A stretch of 64,000 bases of DNA from Lama glama (taxonomy: Eukaryota), in NCBI GenBank assembly GCA_028534125.1, contig CM052839.1, forward strand, positions 38,440,001 to 38,504,000, in the 5' to 3' direction. How positions within the stretch are numbered: the stretch's first letter is position 1; every line of letters starts with the position of its first letter. Shown here in pieces: positions 23,929 through 38,520 of this stretch. The position numbers and the translations under genes were made by a program. A model generated the notes under the pieces. The model was not told the origin of the DNA, did not search any database, and saw only the letters and a list, made by a program, of their open reading frames with translations.

Positions 23929-25729
23929 CTTTCTACAACAAAAATCTTTAGACCCTTGACGAAGTCTTCAAGGCTTGTCTAACACACAGGAGAAAATAAT
24001 GTTTCATTCCATCATTTGTATTTGGAAATACATCGGGTTTGTTTGGAGATAGGCAAAGTACTCCAATAAATAAAATTTTAACTTTTTAACTTGTTTTTTT
24101 TTTTTTCTGATATATGTCTAGAATTACAGAATCCTCCCACCAAAAAAACAAAAAAAAAAGAAAAGAAAGAAAACTTTTTTTTTTTGAAGAAAAGAAAAGG
24201 AAAAAACGTGGAAATGGTATTGCCTTATTTTTTTTTTTTTAAGAAGCATTTCTTGATTGGCTTCTTTTCAGGTCTGTGTATACGCTATTTAAAAAAATAA
24301 ACTAGAGCTAATGGATTTCTGGAACAACAAGAACCAAAAAAAATTAACAAATTTCGGAAAAACTAAAAGAGTACCTGATGATTTTAACTATTAACCCCAT
24401 CATTCAGGTCAGTGTTCTCGTCTACATTGTATGTTTGTCTCATTGTCATAGACTGATTTTTTAAGTGCATCTCGTTGTTCTTAATCATTGTCTAAGATTC
24501 TTTGAGAGTCTGCTTTTCCACCCACTTTTTTCTCCTTGATGCAAGACAACTTCTTAGAAGAGAAACAATCTAAACTGTCACAGAGCTAAACAAAATCTGT
24601 GGAAAGTAAACTGTGATTGGAGGCACCCAGAAGTTTTTGTTCTGTAAGGGTATGTGTTTAGAGGTCTCACTCTGAGGCACAGATGTTTCTTTGCCGGCAC
24701 ATAGTTTATCCCTGAGGGAGAAGGAGTAAGCAAAGGAGAAATGATGATGAATGTGGGCTTGTGGCTGCAGAAACCTCTTTCCAAAGGGCTCACAAACAAA
24801 GGCCAGTTGAAAATTCCGTGGCCCTCACTCTCAGACCAGGTGAGCTCGCAGAGTCCCCGCTTCCCCGGGCCATGCCTAAAGTAGGCTGGGCCATCCCTGA
24901 ATTCGCAGCCAGGGTGGTCGTCTGTGTGCAGAATTTAAAGCAAACAAGGGCAAGCTGTAGCCAGATGTGGGGGCTTTCAGGTTCACTGACGGTTCCTGGG
25001 GTACTTGGAGCCAAAGCAGCTCACGCACGCTCCTGCTCTCCACCAGGGAACATGGGGACGCAAAGGCCAAAGGAATCTCACCAGCCCCCCTGGTCCCAAA
25101 GATGGTCTTCTAATGCCACAAAACATACATATTCGCTCTTCTCCAAGACTCACAAGGAAATGCAAATGCTTTTGAAATATCAGCATCTTACTGAATCTCA
25201 AACTGCAGTAGTGACTCTGATAAGTCAATAGCTCCACGTGATGGCCAGTCATACATTTCGTGGGAGATTATTTCTATGAGCTCACTTGTACGTGGGTTTC
25301 TAGAGATGTGGCATCAGTCCCTTTTACTTGGTGGAGAGAATTTTTGTCATTACATCTTTGGAAAAATAGAAAGTTCTTTTCCAAAGCATCTAATTTGATC
25401 TCTCCCTCTTCTCCACATACCCAACTCCAAAATCAATAGTTTTATTTGTTCTACAAATTTATGACCTGTTCTTCTTTAGTTTCGACTTTCTCAGTGAATT
25501 CAAATCTCACCGTATCAGCAAGCAAAACCCAGGAATTATAAAAAGCACATTCATGAGCATGGTTTTGTAATGTTAAATCCAGCTCGCACATGGATTGACA
25601 TGGGAAGACGTCATGTTCTTGTCTTGCATATGAATTCAGGGAAGATGTGGAATTCAGGTCTATTAATTTCAGAGGCTTCAGCCCCACACTGGTTCAGGGG
25701 CTGAGGGTCATTTGCTTCTTCTATCTTTC

Positions 25730-25907
25730 TTTGCTTTTTAAAATTTTTTAAAATTCATTTTAATTTATTTTATTTATTTTTAGGGAGGAGGTAATTAGGT
25801 TTATTTATTTTTATTTGTTTATTGTTTATAGGAGGTACTGGGGTTTGAACCCAGGACCTCGTGCACGCTAGGCACATGCTCTATCACTGAGCTATATACA
25901 CCTTCCC
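25730..25907 (-). mobile_element. Vic-1-like SINE
   Basis: GGTAATTAGGTTTATTT...GGAGGTACTGGGGTTTGAACCCAGGACCTC...CACTGAGCTATA. Confidence 0.9.
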
Positions 25908-28046
25908 TCTATTTTTTTTTTAATTTAAAAAATTTAATTTCAGATGAATAATTTCATCTCTATGTCTTCATTTCTACAATTACATCCTGGATAGGGTGAA
26001 ATAATTATTATGATTATAATAATAATTAATTAATATATAATACAATATTACACTTATTATTGAATACAACAACAAATCGATTTTTACAAATAGGCAACTT
26101 CCCAAGTGGATATTGAATCTACCTCTGAGTCCTGAAAATGTTACTCATGTTCTCTATGTCCTGGTCCAAATGAAACCAAATTTCACTTTTACCTCATTGG
26201 GAGTCTGTTTACTGAAGTCGCTAAATCACCCTGTTTCTGACCTCGGCTAGAAGTTCAAACCCTTTTTCACAGCCATTAACTTTTTCAGCGTTCCACCAAG
26301 CAGATGTGCGCTCTGTGGCTTAATCTTTTCCATACCGGGTGGGAGAGCGGGCTTCCACCTGATGTGGGCTTTGCTACAGCATGAAAATCTCCTCCATTAA
26401 ATCCAATTTGCTCAGTTTGTTTTTATCTGATCAATTCAAACTAATATTTTTTTTTTTCCATGGGAAAATCTTCAGTTCGCTCAGGAGTTAAAATAAGAGA
26501 TACGGAAACTGCTATGGTGTGGCCACAGGAATATCCTTACAGGGAAGTCCTCTGCGCGTCCCTCCATCCCACATTTCTTCATACCTTTGTTAAATTCACA
26601 TGTGAATCACATTTCACACGTGAGAGTCACAAACGGTCAATGGCATCCAAATGCCTTGTAATTAGCACAAATCTTCACTGTTTCTGAATCACTTTTCACA
26701 TGGCACTGTGTCAAAGGCTACGTTTGCATATTATAAACGGGAAAGGAGAGAGGTAAACCAACAAAATAAGGAATTGGAGGCGTAAGCTTACTTTTTCCCC
26801 CACACAGGTAGAAGCAGACTGCATTCTGCTGTTCAGACTGGCAGTCATTATTTCATCTCTTTTTAAAAGAACTATTAAAGGCTAGCATTTGTATTGCTTA
26901 TTGCCACACCCCAAGGGCTAAGATATTTGTTTACGTTGTCTGAATTACTTCTTACAAACATGATGAGAGGCATGAATTCTGATCCCATTCACTAGATGAG
27001 AAAATGAGAAGTGTTTTAGGAAAACAAGTGGGCCTCCTCTTCTCTTCTGTTGGAGACTTTACATATTTCTCAGTCTTTATGTTGATATACGTAATAATAG
27101 GAAATTCAGAAGCACAGAATACTTGTTTTGTATTTCTTTGGGGAAAACAAAACCTTACTTTAACCTTGATTCTTTTAGGTCTAAAATGATTTCTTTCAGA
27201 CTCTTAATGGTTTAGTTATTCCTGCAGAAAGGTTGCTACGTTTGTTCTTTGAGTCTGCAGAAGGCATGGCTTGTAACTTCTCTGCCTTCTCTCAAATATG
27301 TCATCTGTAAAGAGATACGTGAAAAATGTGTGAAGATGCAGGTGACTTTTGGAATCTCCTGGGCCCTACTGTTTCTTAGGAAAAAAAACACAATTGATTC
27401 CCAGCTGATCATTCAAAAATTGAATTCCTCCAAATTAACTCTCTTTCTAATTGGAGGTTCCAGCTGCCATGGGATTGAGTTTTCCTGTTGTTTACTTGTC
27501 CCCAAAGTCTCTGTAAAAGATTTTATTTCTCTGGGCAACCAGCTGGTTTTTCACATAGATCAGGTCAATTAATTTGACCTTTGTTTCAATATGAAATGCA
27601 TAATAAAAGCTGGTGCCCCATAGACCGGATGTGGCCTTTCAAAAAAAGCTACTTGCCAGGACAGGGAACAATAATTTATTACCTCATAAAGCCCAGTTGA
27701 AATGCTTGTTTCTGAGCATGGCAATGACTAGAAGCCTGTGTGTCTTTATTTATTTAGTTTTATTCTCTGCAATGGAGCGATGGGACAAAGAACTGAGCAC
27801 CTGCACTCTTGAAGGATGGGAAGTGGCCAAGGCCAAAAATAGGGCTGTTGTTTCTTTAAGGAGCAGCTAACACCACTTGGATTTGCCTTTTTTCTGCTGC
27901 TTGTTTTCCCCTGACAAAAATTCATAAATACGGCCTCAGAGGGTTTATCTTGACTCTAAGAGCTTGTTATTTAAAACGTATTTCATAACTCAGGGCTGGA
28001 GAAATGTGTAAACTCCTTGTAATACAAGGTATGAAACAGAATATTT

Positions 28047-28243
28047 TATTTTATTTTGGGTTTTTTGATTGTTTTTTTAAATTGAAGTGTAGTTAATTAC
28101 AACGTGTCAGTTTCTGGTGCGCAGCACAATGTCTCAGTCATGCACATACATACACATATTCGTTTTCATATTCTTTTTCATTAAACGTTATTATAAGATA
28201 TTGAATACAGTTTCCTGTGCTATACAGAAGAAATTTGTTTTTT
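28047..28243 (-). mobile_element. 5'-truncated lineage L1 3' end
   Basis: Same family as 15994-16160; TSD TGAAACAGAA(T/A)ATTT at 28032-28046 and 28244-28258. Confidence 0.88.
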
Positions 28244-31200
28244 TGAAACAGAAAATTTAAATTGATATTTACGATGGATCACAAAATGATTAGTGTTTGC
28301 AGTTTGAGGGATGGATCTGAGAATCCCATTTTTAACAAATTTATGAGGATGGGAGCTTTTGTCTAGTTTAGCCTTCCTTAAACTGTGTCAACCCCTATTC
28401 TGTATGGCATTAGCATCCTTCATATGTGGTACGTCAATTTGTTGTAATTGGCATTTGTGCCTAATTTTATACCATATTTTAAGCAACAATGGATGAACCC
28501 CTTTTACCTAAATCTTTGATCGCATCTCTAATTAAGTCCAAGAAATGGGCTAAGTCAAAACATATACATATTTTAAGACCTATCAATGAACACTTTTCTC
28601 AGTGTAATTCATCATCTCCAGTCACCATCTATTTAGGAATCTATTATTTTAACTGTTCTTCTGAAGTAAGCTCTTTGGTGTACCTTCAGTTTTGGGTAAA
28701 GTGTACTGTGGAAAGGAAAAAAAAAGCATTTGCTTCTCAAGATGCGTACTTGCTCATAAAAAAAAAATCTTTTCTCAGCTCTGAGGATGCACTTCTTGAG
28801 AAGATTTTTACAGACATGGAGATGCAATGCTTGGAAAGCCAGTGGTAACTTTGCATGAAGAGCACTTTCTAAGCGACAGTGCAGTGAGATGGGTGATCAG
28901 GTGCAGTGGAGAGGTTTCCAGTCTGAAAGGCACCAGGGGCTTTTTGGGTAGGAGAGGAAAAAAATACCACCACCGGGGTTAGGGTGGCTTTAGAAAGAGC
29001 ATGGAAAGGAAAATGAAATGGTACTGAAAGCAAACAAACCTATTTCAAAATTTTTGCACAGCAACTCCCGTGGGCTTCTGGTGAGAATGTAAATGAGAAC
29101 CACCTTTCTTGAGGGCCGCTGGCAATACCTATCAGAAGGCTTACACAGCACATACACTGTCCTAGCAAGTAGCAGTTAGCCTAGGAAACACATCACAGCT
29201 ATCCCAAACAACTATTTTAGCAGAAATAACTAATGCTGATAAAAATGTATTGATATTTTCACAGAGTTTTCATATACAGAGAGCTAGACAGACAATCTGT
29301 ACCATGCATTTTGTTTGCAACCAGCTTTCTAAATGTTTTCACCCACATACTAATAATGGTTATCTCAGGGTCATCATTTTATGTGATGCTAAGTTTTCTT
29401 CTAAGTTTTCAAAGCGTCAAGACACAAAAAAACATGTTCTGTTTTTTAAGGAAAAGCCATCAACAAATGCCATTTTGCAATTTCTAGGATGGCTCAGTAT
29501 TCGATCATTAAAGAGGGAGAAATCTCTTTTTTCCAAATTCCTTCATACAGGGCTCCCCGTGGCCCCTTGCCACCAAGATCTGGACCTAGGGCTAATGTCA
29601 TTAGTACTATATTTTAAATACATTTTAGTTAAGTAGACTTTTTGTTGACTATATTAAGAATCTAACCACAATTTCTATCATCATGTCCATGGGGAAAACC
29701 ATGTTCCAAGTTTCAAAGAGCTGACAGGAAAACAAATCCAAAACAGCTTGCTTGTATGTTGAAGATTTTCTACATATATACATATTTTTTTTCGTTCTCA
29801 CGTTTACTCCTGAAAACTAGCTGGTACTGAGAAGTCATTAATTGCCGTAAGAGTACAATATACCCGCAGCCGGAAATTGTGGCCTGGACTGTTTCTGACC
29901 TCTCGTTAAGAAAGGTTTTTTTTTCTAGATCTTTGTCCTGTAGAGAGCAGTCTTTCTATGGGGATTTCTTTATTTACTTTAAAGGTTGTCAATCAAAACC
30001 ACAAATGTATTTTGATGTATGTATGAACTACGTCCGACAGAAATCAGGAAAATCATCTCTGAGACTGCTAAATTCTCTCTTCCTCATTACTTTCTTTGAT
30101 GGCAGGAAAACCTCAGAACAGCAGTCTCCTTCCAAAACTCCTATTATATTTATCTCCTGAGATCTAGCTAGCTGAAAAAAAAAAAAAAGACTGTTATCTG
30201 ACTGCTTGAATAGATCCTATTGCAACAAAAACTCACCCAAATATTGTCAGATGTGTTCCAGCCACAAACTTCAGGTAACAAGCTGAGTTTTTAGCTGTCT
30301 GTGTCCAGACTTCCCTAGATGATTCTTGACAATAATTGGGGCAGGTCAGGAAGAAGAGGTTAAGATACACAGCACTGAAGACAGAGAAGGAAGCGCATAA
30401 AAGCCTTGTGAGTCTCAGGAACATAAAACTGTCAGTTGTGTGCTGCAAAATTCTCACGACCCCAAAGCTGAACTTTGTAAATAGGCTTGGCATCAAACTC
30501 TTGCCTGGAGAAAATAAAGAGGAAAAGAAAGGGAGAAAAAAAAAAAATAAAGACCCTTGCCCTGCTTCGACACACACACAAATGAACACACATATGATGC
30601 GTGGGCACTGCTTAATTTTGTAAAGACGTGTGTAACTGGCCTTCTGCACGATGAATTACAGAACCTCATGCTACTGCCCACGGGATGAAAGCAGGGTTCT
30701 TTCATTTGAATTGTGCTGCTCAACCAGGCTTTTACTCTCCTGACTAGACCGTGTTAGGCTGAATGACAGAATGATTTGTATTGGCAAACCACCTCCAGCT
30801 CCCGTTTTTTGGAGAGGCTACTTCTAATATGTGAGTCTTAGCAAAACCCCCTAATATTTGAGGAGGAATATAAATCTATGATGAAAATCATGGGCTTGGT
30901 TGATTTGAGTCTTAAATTTGACTAACGTACTCCTTTGAAATCGAATTTATTTTGTTTTGATGTGTGTTTCTTCCCTTTAAGACGGTCAAAAAATAGTAGG
31001 TTCTGCCTCTTTCAGTTATTGTGGGAATGGAAAGACATACACACCAAGTGACCACATATATCTGGAAAGCTTAGCTGGGTGCCTGACCCCCAGTAAGTAC
31101 ATGATGTATGTAACCAATCTAATGATGATCACTGTTGTTATTGTTAAGAGAGTATTGCTCATTGAACTCAGACCTGGTAAGAATCAATCCCTAGGTGTGT

Positions 31201-31582
31201 AAACTTGAAGCTGAGCTATTTCTATGTTTTCAGTACTAAAAAAGGACTCTCTTTAATGCACAGCTGCCCTGGTACATTCCCTAGTTAGGAATTTGAACCA
31301 ATGTCTTTGTTTACCGCAAGGATGGAAGTTTTCATCCAATGGCTTAGAACTCATTTTCAAACATGACTGCTGTAGCACTTTACGTCGGTTTTATCCTATT
31401 GCATTTAAATACATTTTACTGCCGGTCATACTGTGAGATACAATGGTTATGGTATCCACAGCAAACGAACAGCTGAGAAATTCAACATAGGGATGTGAAC
31501 CGGGATCTCTTTGACTTTTTAATGTGAAGGGTCTTATGTACCTTAAATGTGAATTGGAATATTTCTATTTCAACAGTGAATG

Positions 31583-32091
31583 TGTTAGTGAGTCCAAACT
31601 CACTCTGCTTGCCACATGACAGGCCAATAAATTGGGAGATGGGGTGTTGGGACAAGGAATAACAACTTATTTTCCAGAAAGCCAGCAGACCAAGAAGATG
31701 GTGGATTGATGTCCTGGAGAACCATCTTCCCCAAGTCAGAATTCAGGCTCCTTTTATACTAAAAGGGGAGGGGGTGTGGTTGGTTGTTGCAAACTTCTTG
31801 GTGTCGAAATCCTTTGTTCTTGCAGCTGTAGGTCAGGTCATGATGTTCCTGTAAACCTCCAACAAGACCAATGTTATTCTCTGTTCTGCAACTTTTTATC
31901 TCTGTATGAATGGAGAAATGTTATACACTTCAAGGTCGGAGCCTCAGAGCTCTCCTGTATACTTCAGGCTCTAGGCAACATTCTTTTACAAAAGGTGCAG
32001 AACCAGCATGACTAAGCACCGGAAACAGAGCACAGGGTTAGAGCCAAAGGAACAGATAATATATGGAGTCAGATTTGTCTTCCCTGTTACA
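31583..32091 (-). mobile_element. ERV1 solo LTR, MER41-like
   Basis: TG...CA ends; 4-bp TSD AATG at 31579-31582 and 32092-32095; minus strand starts TGTAACAGGGAAGACAAATCTGACTCCAT; TATAAAA on the minus strand near 31752-31758. The family label is from recall. Confidence 0.85.
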
Positions 32092-33519
32092 AATGTGTCT
32101 TTCTGTTTTTCATAGAGGAAGTAGGTAAGCCCCACGGATAAACATCTTGGAAATTTCTGTATTGTAAAATTAATATGCCCTAGCTAGTAACACACTTGTT
32201 AATAATACATTCTCTAGTCCATGGGTGTTTGTTGAGATCGGCTTTGACATTTATCAAAGTTATTTTCAATACTTTCAAGATCACAGATTCAAACTTTCAT
32301 CAACCTATTACTTCCTCAACTAACTCAATAAATCTCTTATGTCTATCATTTTCTAATATTTTCTATTCTACAAAATGGCTTTTTTTTTGTCTTAATCTTT
32401 TTGAACACTGGTTTATAGTGGACATTGTTCAATGCTTTCTCTCCTCGCTTGGGACTGACGTCTAGTTTTTGTTTTCCTGGATTTTATTTTTTTCTTTCAA
32501 TCATTTAATTACCTTTTAAAATATCCCCTGAAGTAGACTCATTCCATGTGTGATTTCAAAATGAGGCCACAAGATTCAATGTGCATATTTCCCCACAACA
32601 TGCTGTAATTTCACCATCAGAAAATTACCCCTTGTACCCCATGCCAACTTTGACCTGTGACTAAATGTTCTGCCTTTCTGTCCACATGGGTCTGCTATTT
32701 CCTTACCAAGATTCTGTATGGTAGACTTCTGTGTTACAGAATCATCAATAGGCCTAATAAAAACATGCAAATATGCATCTTTATCTCCCCCCATTTTCTC
32801 TCATCATGTTTTTGTTTGTTGTTTATTTGCAATTCAGTAGATAATTTTTCTACTTCTCTGGTGCAAATCTATCTTTATCTTCTCTGTTCCATTTCATCCC
32901 AAATTCTTAAGGATATTTATTCACATCAGTGTTGTAAGGATTTTCTACTAGAATTCACTGCTGTCTTTATTTTAATATCTTTTTATCTACTGGGTTTTCA
33001 TTTCCCTTTAAACACAAACAAGCATAGTAGACCTTTGTTGAATAAATGAATAAACACATGTTAAGTATTGGTGGCTTCTATCAGTCACCCTGTTTCAGGA
33101 ATCAATTAAAGAATGTGGCATCATAAAGAAGCAGGTATCTCTATGAAGAACTTTCAAGAGGAAATCTATGAGGTATAAGAATGTTTACCAGTCATTCAAT
33201 TTATTTAGTTACTAACTTGTCTAACCCCTAAATTCCAGGGTTTGTTTTGCCTTTTGCCAATTTCCCAAACACCTAGAAATTTATAAATTTGAAATGTGTT
33301 TGAAATCTGTAGTCTGAAAATTTCAGTAAGTCTTTCCATGTCCTTGGATAACTTGGAAGATGTAGTCTTTATGAAAACAGAGTAAGACTGGAAAACTTCC
33401 CCTTTTTATAAAATATAAGAACAAAGCCTTTAGGAAGACTGCAAACTCTTTTCAGAAGATGTTTGTTTATAAACATTTATGTAAATTGTTATTTTTTTTG
33501 TTTGAATGTATGTTTTATT

Positions 33520-33950
33520 ATAATTATTTTTTTAGAGCAATTTTAGGTTTACAGTCAAATTGAGGAGAAGGTACACAGATGTCCTATAACCCTCCTGCCC
33601 CCATCCCTGCATAGCCTCTCCCATTATCAACATCCCCCATAGGAGAGGTGCCTTTTTTTTTTTAACAATTGCTGCACCTACATTGACACATCATAATCCT
33701 CCAAAGCCCATGGTTTACCTTACGATTCACTCTTGGGATTGCACGTTCTACGGATTTGGACAAATGTTTAACAACATGTATCCATCATCATGGTATCATG
33801 TAGAGTAGTTTTACTGCCCCCAAACCATCCACTCCATCCATTCATCCCTCTCCACCCACAACAATCCCTGGCAACCACTGATCTTTTCACTGTCTCCACT
33901 ATTTCGCTTTTTCCAGAATGTCATATAGTTGGAATCATACAGCATATTTT
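33520..33950 (-). mobile_element. L1MC-type 3'UTR
   Basis: TTTTAGGTTTACAG...CCTACATTGACACATCATAATC...CCCTGGCAACCACTGATCTTTT...TTCCAGAATGTCATATAGTTGGAATCATACAG. Confidence 0.85.
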
Positions 33951-36329
33951 GGGGTGACATACGATTTTCTTCCATCTGGATTTTTTTTTCTCTTTTTCTT
34001 TTATTTTCTTTGAACACTTCAGTTCTGCAACTTAATTGTCCCCTTTTCTTTTATTGTGGTTAATTTTGCACTTGTTTTATCTCACCAGCTCCTGATTTTT
34101 AAACAATCTATATTAGTTTTCAGAAATATAAACCCTCCAAAATGTTAGCAAAATAAAAAATGACCCCCAATCACACCATTCATTGATGGTCTTTATGTAC
34201 ATGTCTGTATATTTCATTCTTTGTTGTAAGTGTGTATTTGTGTACATGTGTGTAAGTCAACCAAGTCACTAATACTCTATATAATTGGAGTCTGTGCCAG
34301 TTTCTTATCCCTATTCATGCATTTGCATCCTGAATATCACCAGCTGACTTGCTCCTAGAACGTATTTGTCTGTATTTACTCCTGGACCACTGAAATGCCA
34401 TTCTTTTATATCATTCCTTCAGCCTGGAGCATCCTTGCAACCTCCCCATCCCTAAGTTGAATTAGGCATCCCTACTCTGCAGGACCAAGGTACCTTTGTA
34501 TTTCCTTGTTATATCAAAGCACATTTCACACAACTGTGAATTTCTTACCTGTACATCTCTTCGGCTACATGTAAAGCTCCATAATCAATTGGTTTTTGTT
34601 GTTGGAATATGATGAGTAATATGTGTTCACTGAGTATCTGTTAATCAACTCTATGTTTCATAGCCCTTCTATCTTAAAGAGATGCATCAATGCAGCAATG
34701 AACATGCATTTCCTCACAGTCTACTGTATAACTAATCCTATGCTAGTTGCTTATCATACAAAAGAAATAATGGCCATGCTGAACACAAATAGGGGAAAAA
34801 GTAGGTTTGGAATCAGAAGGCTTAATTATTTGCTACATGTGTTTTGAGCAACATGAATAAATTCTTTTTTTCTGCATGTTCTAGATGAGAAAACTGAGAT
34901 TAACGCCTGCCTCATAATACCATTTTTTGAGAATTTCCATAATTACTGCTTTCAAAACCTGAGGTCCATTGCTAAGAAATACTAATATTGCTGCTATAAT
35001 TTAGCATATCAATATAATTACAATTCAATTAATGCAGCATAAAGCATTTGCAGCCTTTCTGTCTTACTGACAATTTAACACTCCAATCTATCTTTCTTTT
35101 AGCAAACTCATAAATAAAATCTAGAATATGAGATTCAATCCTGACCTCTTATATGTTACGTGTTTGTACTTTCTGGAAACCTCGCTAATGCTCCTTACTG
35201 AATTTGATTTCTGACAAAAACAAAGATGTTGCCTGAAAAAAATAATACAGCTGATAAGACAATTTTAAAAAGAAACGGTTTGCCTATAAATAGTAAATCA
35301 AGGCTATAAAAAAATTAAAAAGCACAGTATTTGGTTTTAAAGTCTTAACTTTAGAGCTTAGATTGGTTTCTGATATCCAAGGAGTTACCACTCCACTGCT
35401 TTCCTTACAGACACACTTTCAGGGTCTCTCATTTTCTTAAACCACTAGTCCAGTGTTGGCAAGATCTCTAGAGTGATCCTTTTGGGATTTATAGATCTCC
35501 AGAGAAATCTGTATGAATCCTGTGAGTTCTAATATTCATTCTGCTTATTTAATATGTAGCTCAGTATTTTCAGGTTTTAGTTGCCTTTTAGCAATTAATT
35601 TGTCAGACATTTATCTTATAAAATACGTCCCAGTTAACCATTATTTAGCACTGCAATCACTATCTTCTGTTTAAAAGTGTTCTCAATAAAGTTCAAACAG
35701 TGTTTCCCTCCTACGGTAAATTTCAGCATTCCCTTGTAACTCAGGAATTCTCAGGGATGAAGTCCTGCTTTAATTAGAATTGAGATTTGTAAAGAAAGAG
35801 ACTAAGCACAGGAAGTTATTAGAATAACAACATGACAGCTGGAGAAGCTTCAAATGGCCTGATAGGACATCGTAATGGATCCCAAATGTTTTTATTGTTT
35901 TCTTCAACTTCTACATCTCCATATGAAAGCTAAAGAGAATAGTTTAAGCTGAAGTATTATCTCATTAGAGCAGGTAAACAAAGACTCTTTTAAAAAATGA
36001 CCAAATATATAAAAAAAAAGTTTTTAAATAGAAACATTTTAATAAAATCTTTCTTTTTTTTTTCCTGGCTGGTTCAGATTGATTGTTTTGGTAATTGTAC
36101 TCAGTGATTTCCAACCTTTTCCCACATTACTTTGCCTGTGTAAATAACATACCAGTTTTTAATTTAAAAATTTTTTGAAAATTAAAAAAATTTATTTCTA
36201 GTGTCTTTTCAAACAAAAGAGACTATTGCCATGATTATATAAGGAGATACTAATAATATTCAGTTTCTCATTTTATTTTTTTATATATTGCTATTTGTTA
36301 CTACTACAACTATTACTAATATAATTATT

Positions 36330-36500
36330 AGTTAACATTTTTGAGTACTGTGTGACAATTAATATGCTAAGGGAATTATTATAAATTGTCTTATTCAATT
36401 CTTTTAATATCACTATGAGGCAGTTACTTTTATCCTAATTTTAGATAAAAATGAGGTTCAGAGAGGATAGCTACTTGCCCAAGTCAGCTATAAGAGATTA
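36330..36500 (-). mobile_element. MIR SINE relic
   Basis: ATTTTAGATAAAAATGAGGTTCAGAGAGG...ACTTGCCCAAGTC core. Confidence 0.65.
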
Positions 36501-37429
36501 TACTGAGAATTACAGTTATGTCTAGCTACACTTTCAACACAATGCCATATCATGCCCTAAAAGTCTACCTAGCAAACAGGACAAGTATATGAGCATCTTT
36601 CTGCAGACACAAACACAAAGAGCTTACTAGTAAGTTTCCATTACTAAAATTCCTCATAAATACTCAGCAAACTCTTTGTAAAGATGTGAAGTTTTTGTTG
36701 TTGTTTGTTTGTTTGTTTTACTACTGGTAAACTCTTTCACATCACCACAATTCCTTTTTAAATTATATTTGCTCATTTAGATATATGACCACTTATTAGG
36801 CACAGAGGCAACAGTCCTTGGATGAATATTAAAGTTTGACACTAAATTTCCATCCTTGTTTGTTCATGACTTGTCCACCCACAGTAAACAAGTATAAAAA
36901 GAGATCAAATATATGAGCCAACTGTTTTCAAGTATTCAGCAATAGGTAGTTAAGAACATTATCTGGTTTTCTTCCCAGAGATATGTTCAAATTTTTAAGG
37001 CAGAGCAAGCTGGAGCCCGAGTAGAGAAGAAATATCTCTGATCTGATTAAGTAGGAATAAGAATTTGCAGAGTAGATCCCACAAAATAGGAAGTTGCAAA
37101 GAGAGGAGGGCGCAGAAGTTTGCAGCAGAATTTTCCATGAATTCTTGACTGAGAGAAACTATGTAAGCACAGAGCAAGCAACTATGAGTTACAGCAGAAA
37201 TTGATTCCTACAGAGATGAGACAGAAACAGTGATACCCAAGGCCTTTCAATGATGGAAAATAGAATTTGGTCCAGCAGAAGTGGAGAAACCTCTATGAGA
37301 AACTCAAGCTTTTATATGAGACTCTAGAAGAGTCAGAGCTTAATAATCGAGACTACATTCTGGATCTCAGTTCAAAATTGAGATCATTATGTCCTAAGAA
37401 ATATTAAAACTAAGCCTCACAAGAACAGT

Positions 37430-38470
37430 AGCACCTGCCAGTAATTTAACTGTCTATTAGGGGAAAAAAGCCAGAGCACCATTTTAAGAAATATGGCATA
37501 ATCTGGACCCCTTATAATACATCACCATAATGTACAGAATAAGAATTACTAGACATGTAAAAGTGCAGGAAAATGTGACTTTTTTAAAAAGGTAGTCAAT
37601 ATAAATAGATCACACAGTATTCTAGGTGTAGTAAGTAACAGATGGTACTTTTTCAAGCTCAAGGACTTAAAGGAAAAGCAATTATAATTAATGAACAGAT
37701 GAAAAAAATCTCAAAAGGGAAATCAAAACTAAAAGAAGAAATTGGAGAATTTTGAACAAAAAAAATGAAAAAAATCACCAAGTCACTTAAGAGTAGTCGG
37801 GAGACTGATTACAAATGAGTTAATAAACCTACAGATAGGTCAATAGAAAATGTCTGTTCTAAAATACAGTCAACAGAAAATGTCTATTCTTAAACAACAA
37901 CAACAACAACAACAAAACGGAAAGAAAATTAACAGAACTTCAGTGACCTCTGCAAATTACGAAGTGGTTTCACACACAGGTAATTGGTGTCCAAAACTGG
38001 AAGAAAAAACCCAAAAATTGGCATAAAATGTTTTTAAAGAAATTTCCCACCCTTTGGGATAAAAAAAATTACGTTATGCATCCGAGGAGTTCAATGTATA
38101 TCACGTAGAATAAATACAAAGAGAACTGTATCTAGGTATGTCAAAATCATCGTGCTGAAAAGCTAAGACAAAGATAAATTTTAGAACCTGCCGAAGCAAA
38201 ACAGACATTACATCTGGGGGAATTTGGTTTTACTCTACGAATCAACTGTTTTCTAATGAGTATGCTAGAAAATAATCAAACAACATCTTTAAAGAGATGG
38301 GGAAAAAAAGTTGACCTAGAATTCTACATTCTGTGAAAATACCCTTCAAAAATGATGGACAAATAGAGACAATTCCAATCAAACAAAAGTACGGAGAATT
38401 AATTGTCATCAACATTTTTAAGATGTTGAAAGGATTTCTTCAGGCTGAAGGAAAATACCGCTTGATGGAA
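37430..38470 (+). mobile_element. Old L1 (or HAL1) ORF1 relic
   Basis: ORF 38333 KIPFKNDGQIETIPIKQKYGEL...MLKGFLQAEGK resembles the L1 ORF1p C-terminus (KLSFKNEGEIKTF.DKQKLREF...MLKEVLQAEGK); upstream A-rich ORF1-like sequence. Confidence 0.75.
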
Positions 38471-38520
38471 ACAATGACACGGGAAATACGCTGTCCTCAG
38501 AAACGCACAATCTGGTACAG

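Noticed and set aside
24075-24300. Alternating A- and T-tracts able to fold back
   Set aside because: Low-complexity sequence; complementarity is trivial.
37839-37914. ~30-bp tandem duplication followed by (CAA)n
   Set aside because: Ordinary slippage inside a decayed L1; not CRISPR-like (no unique spacers).
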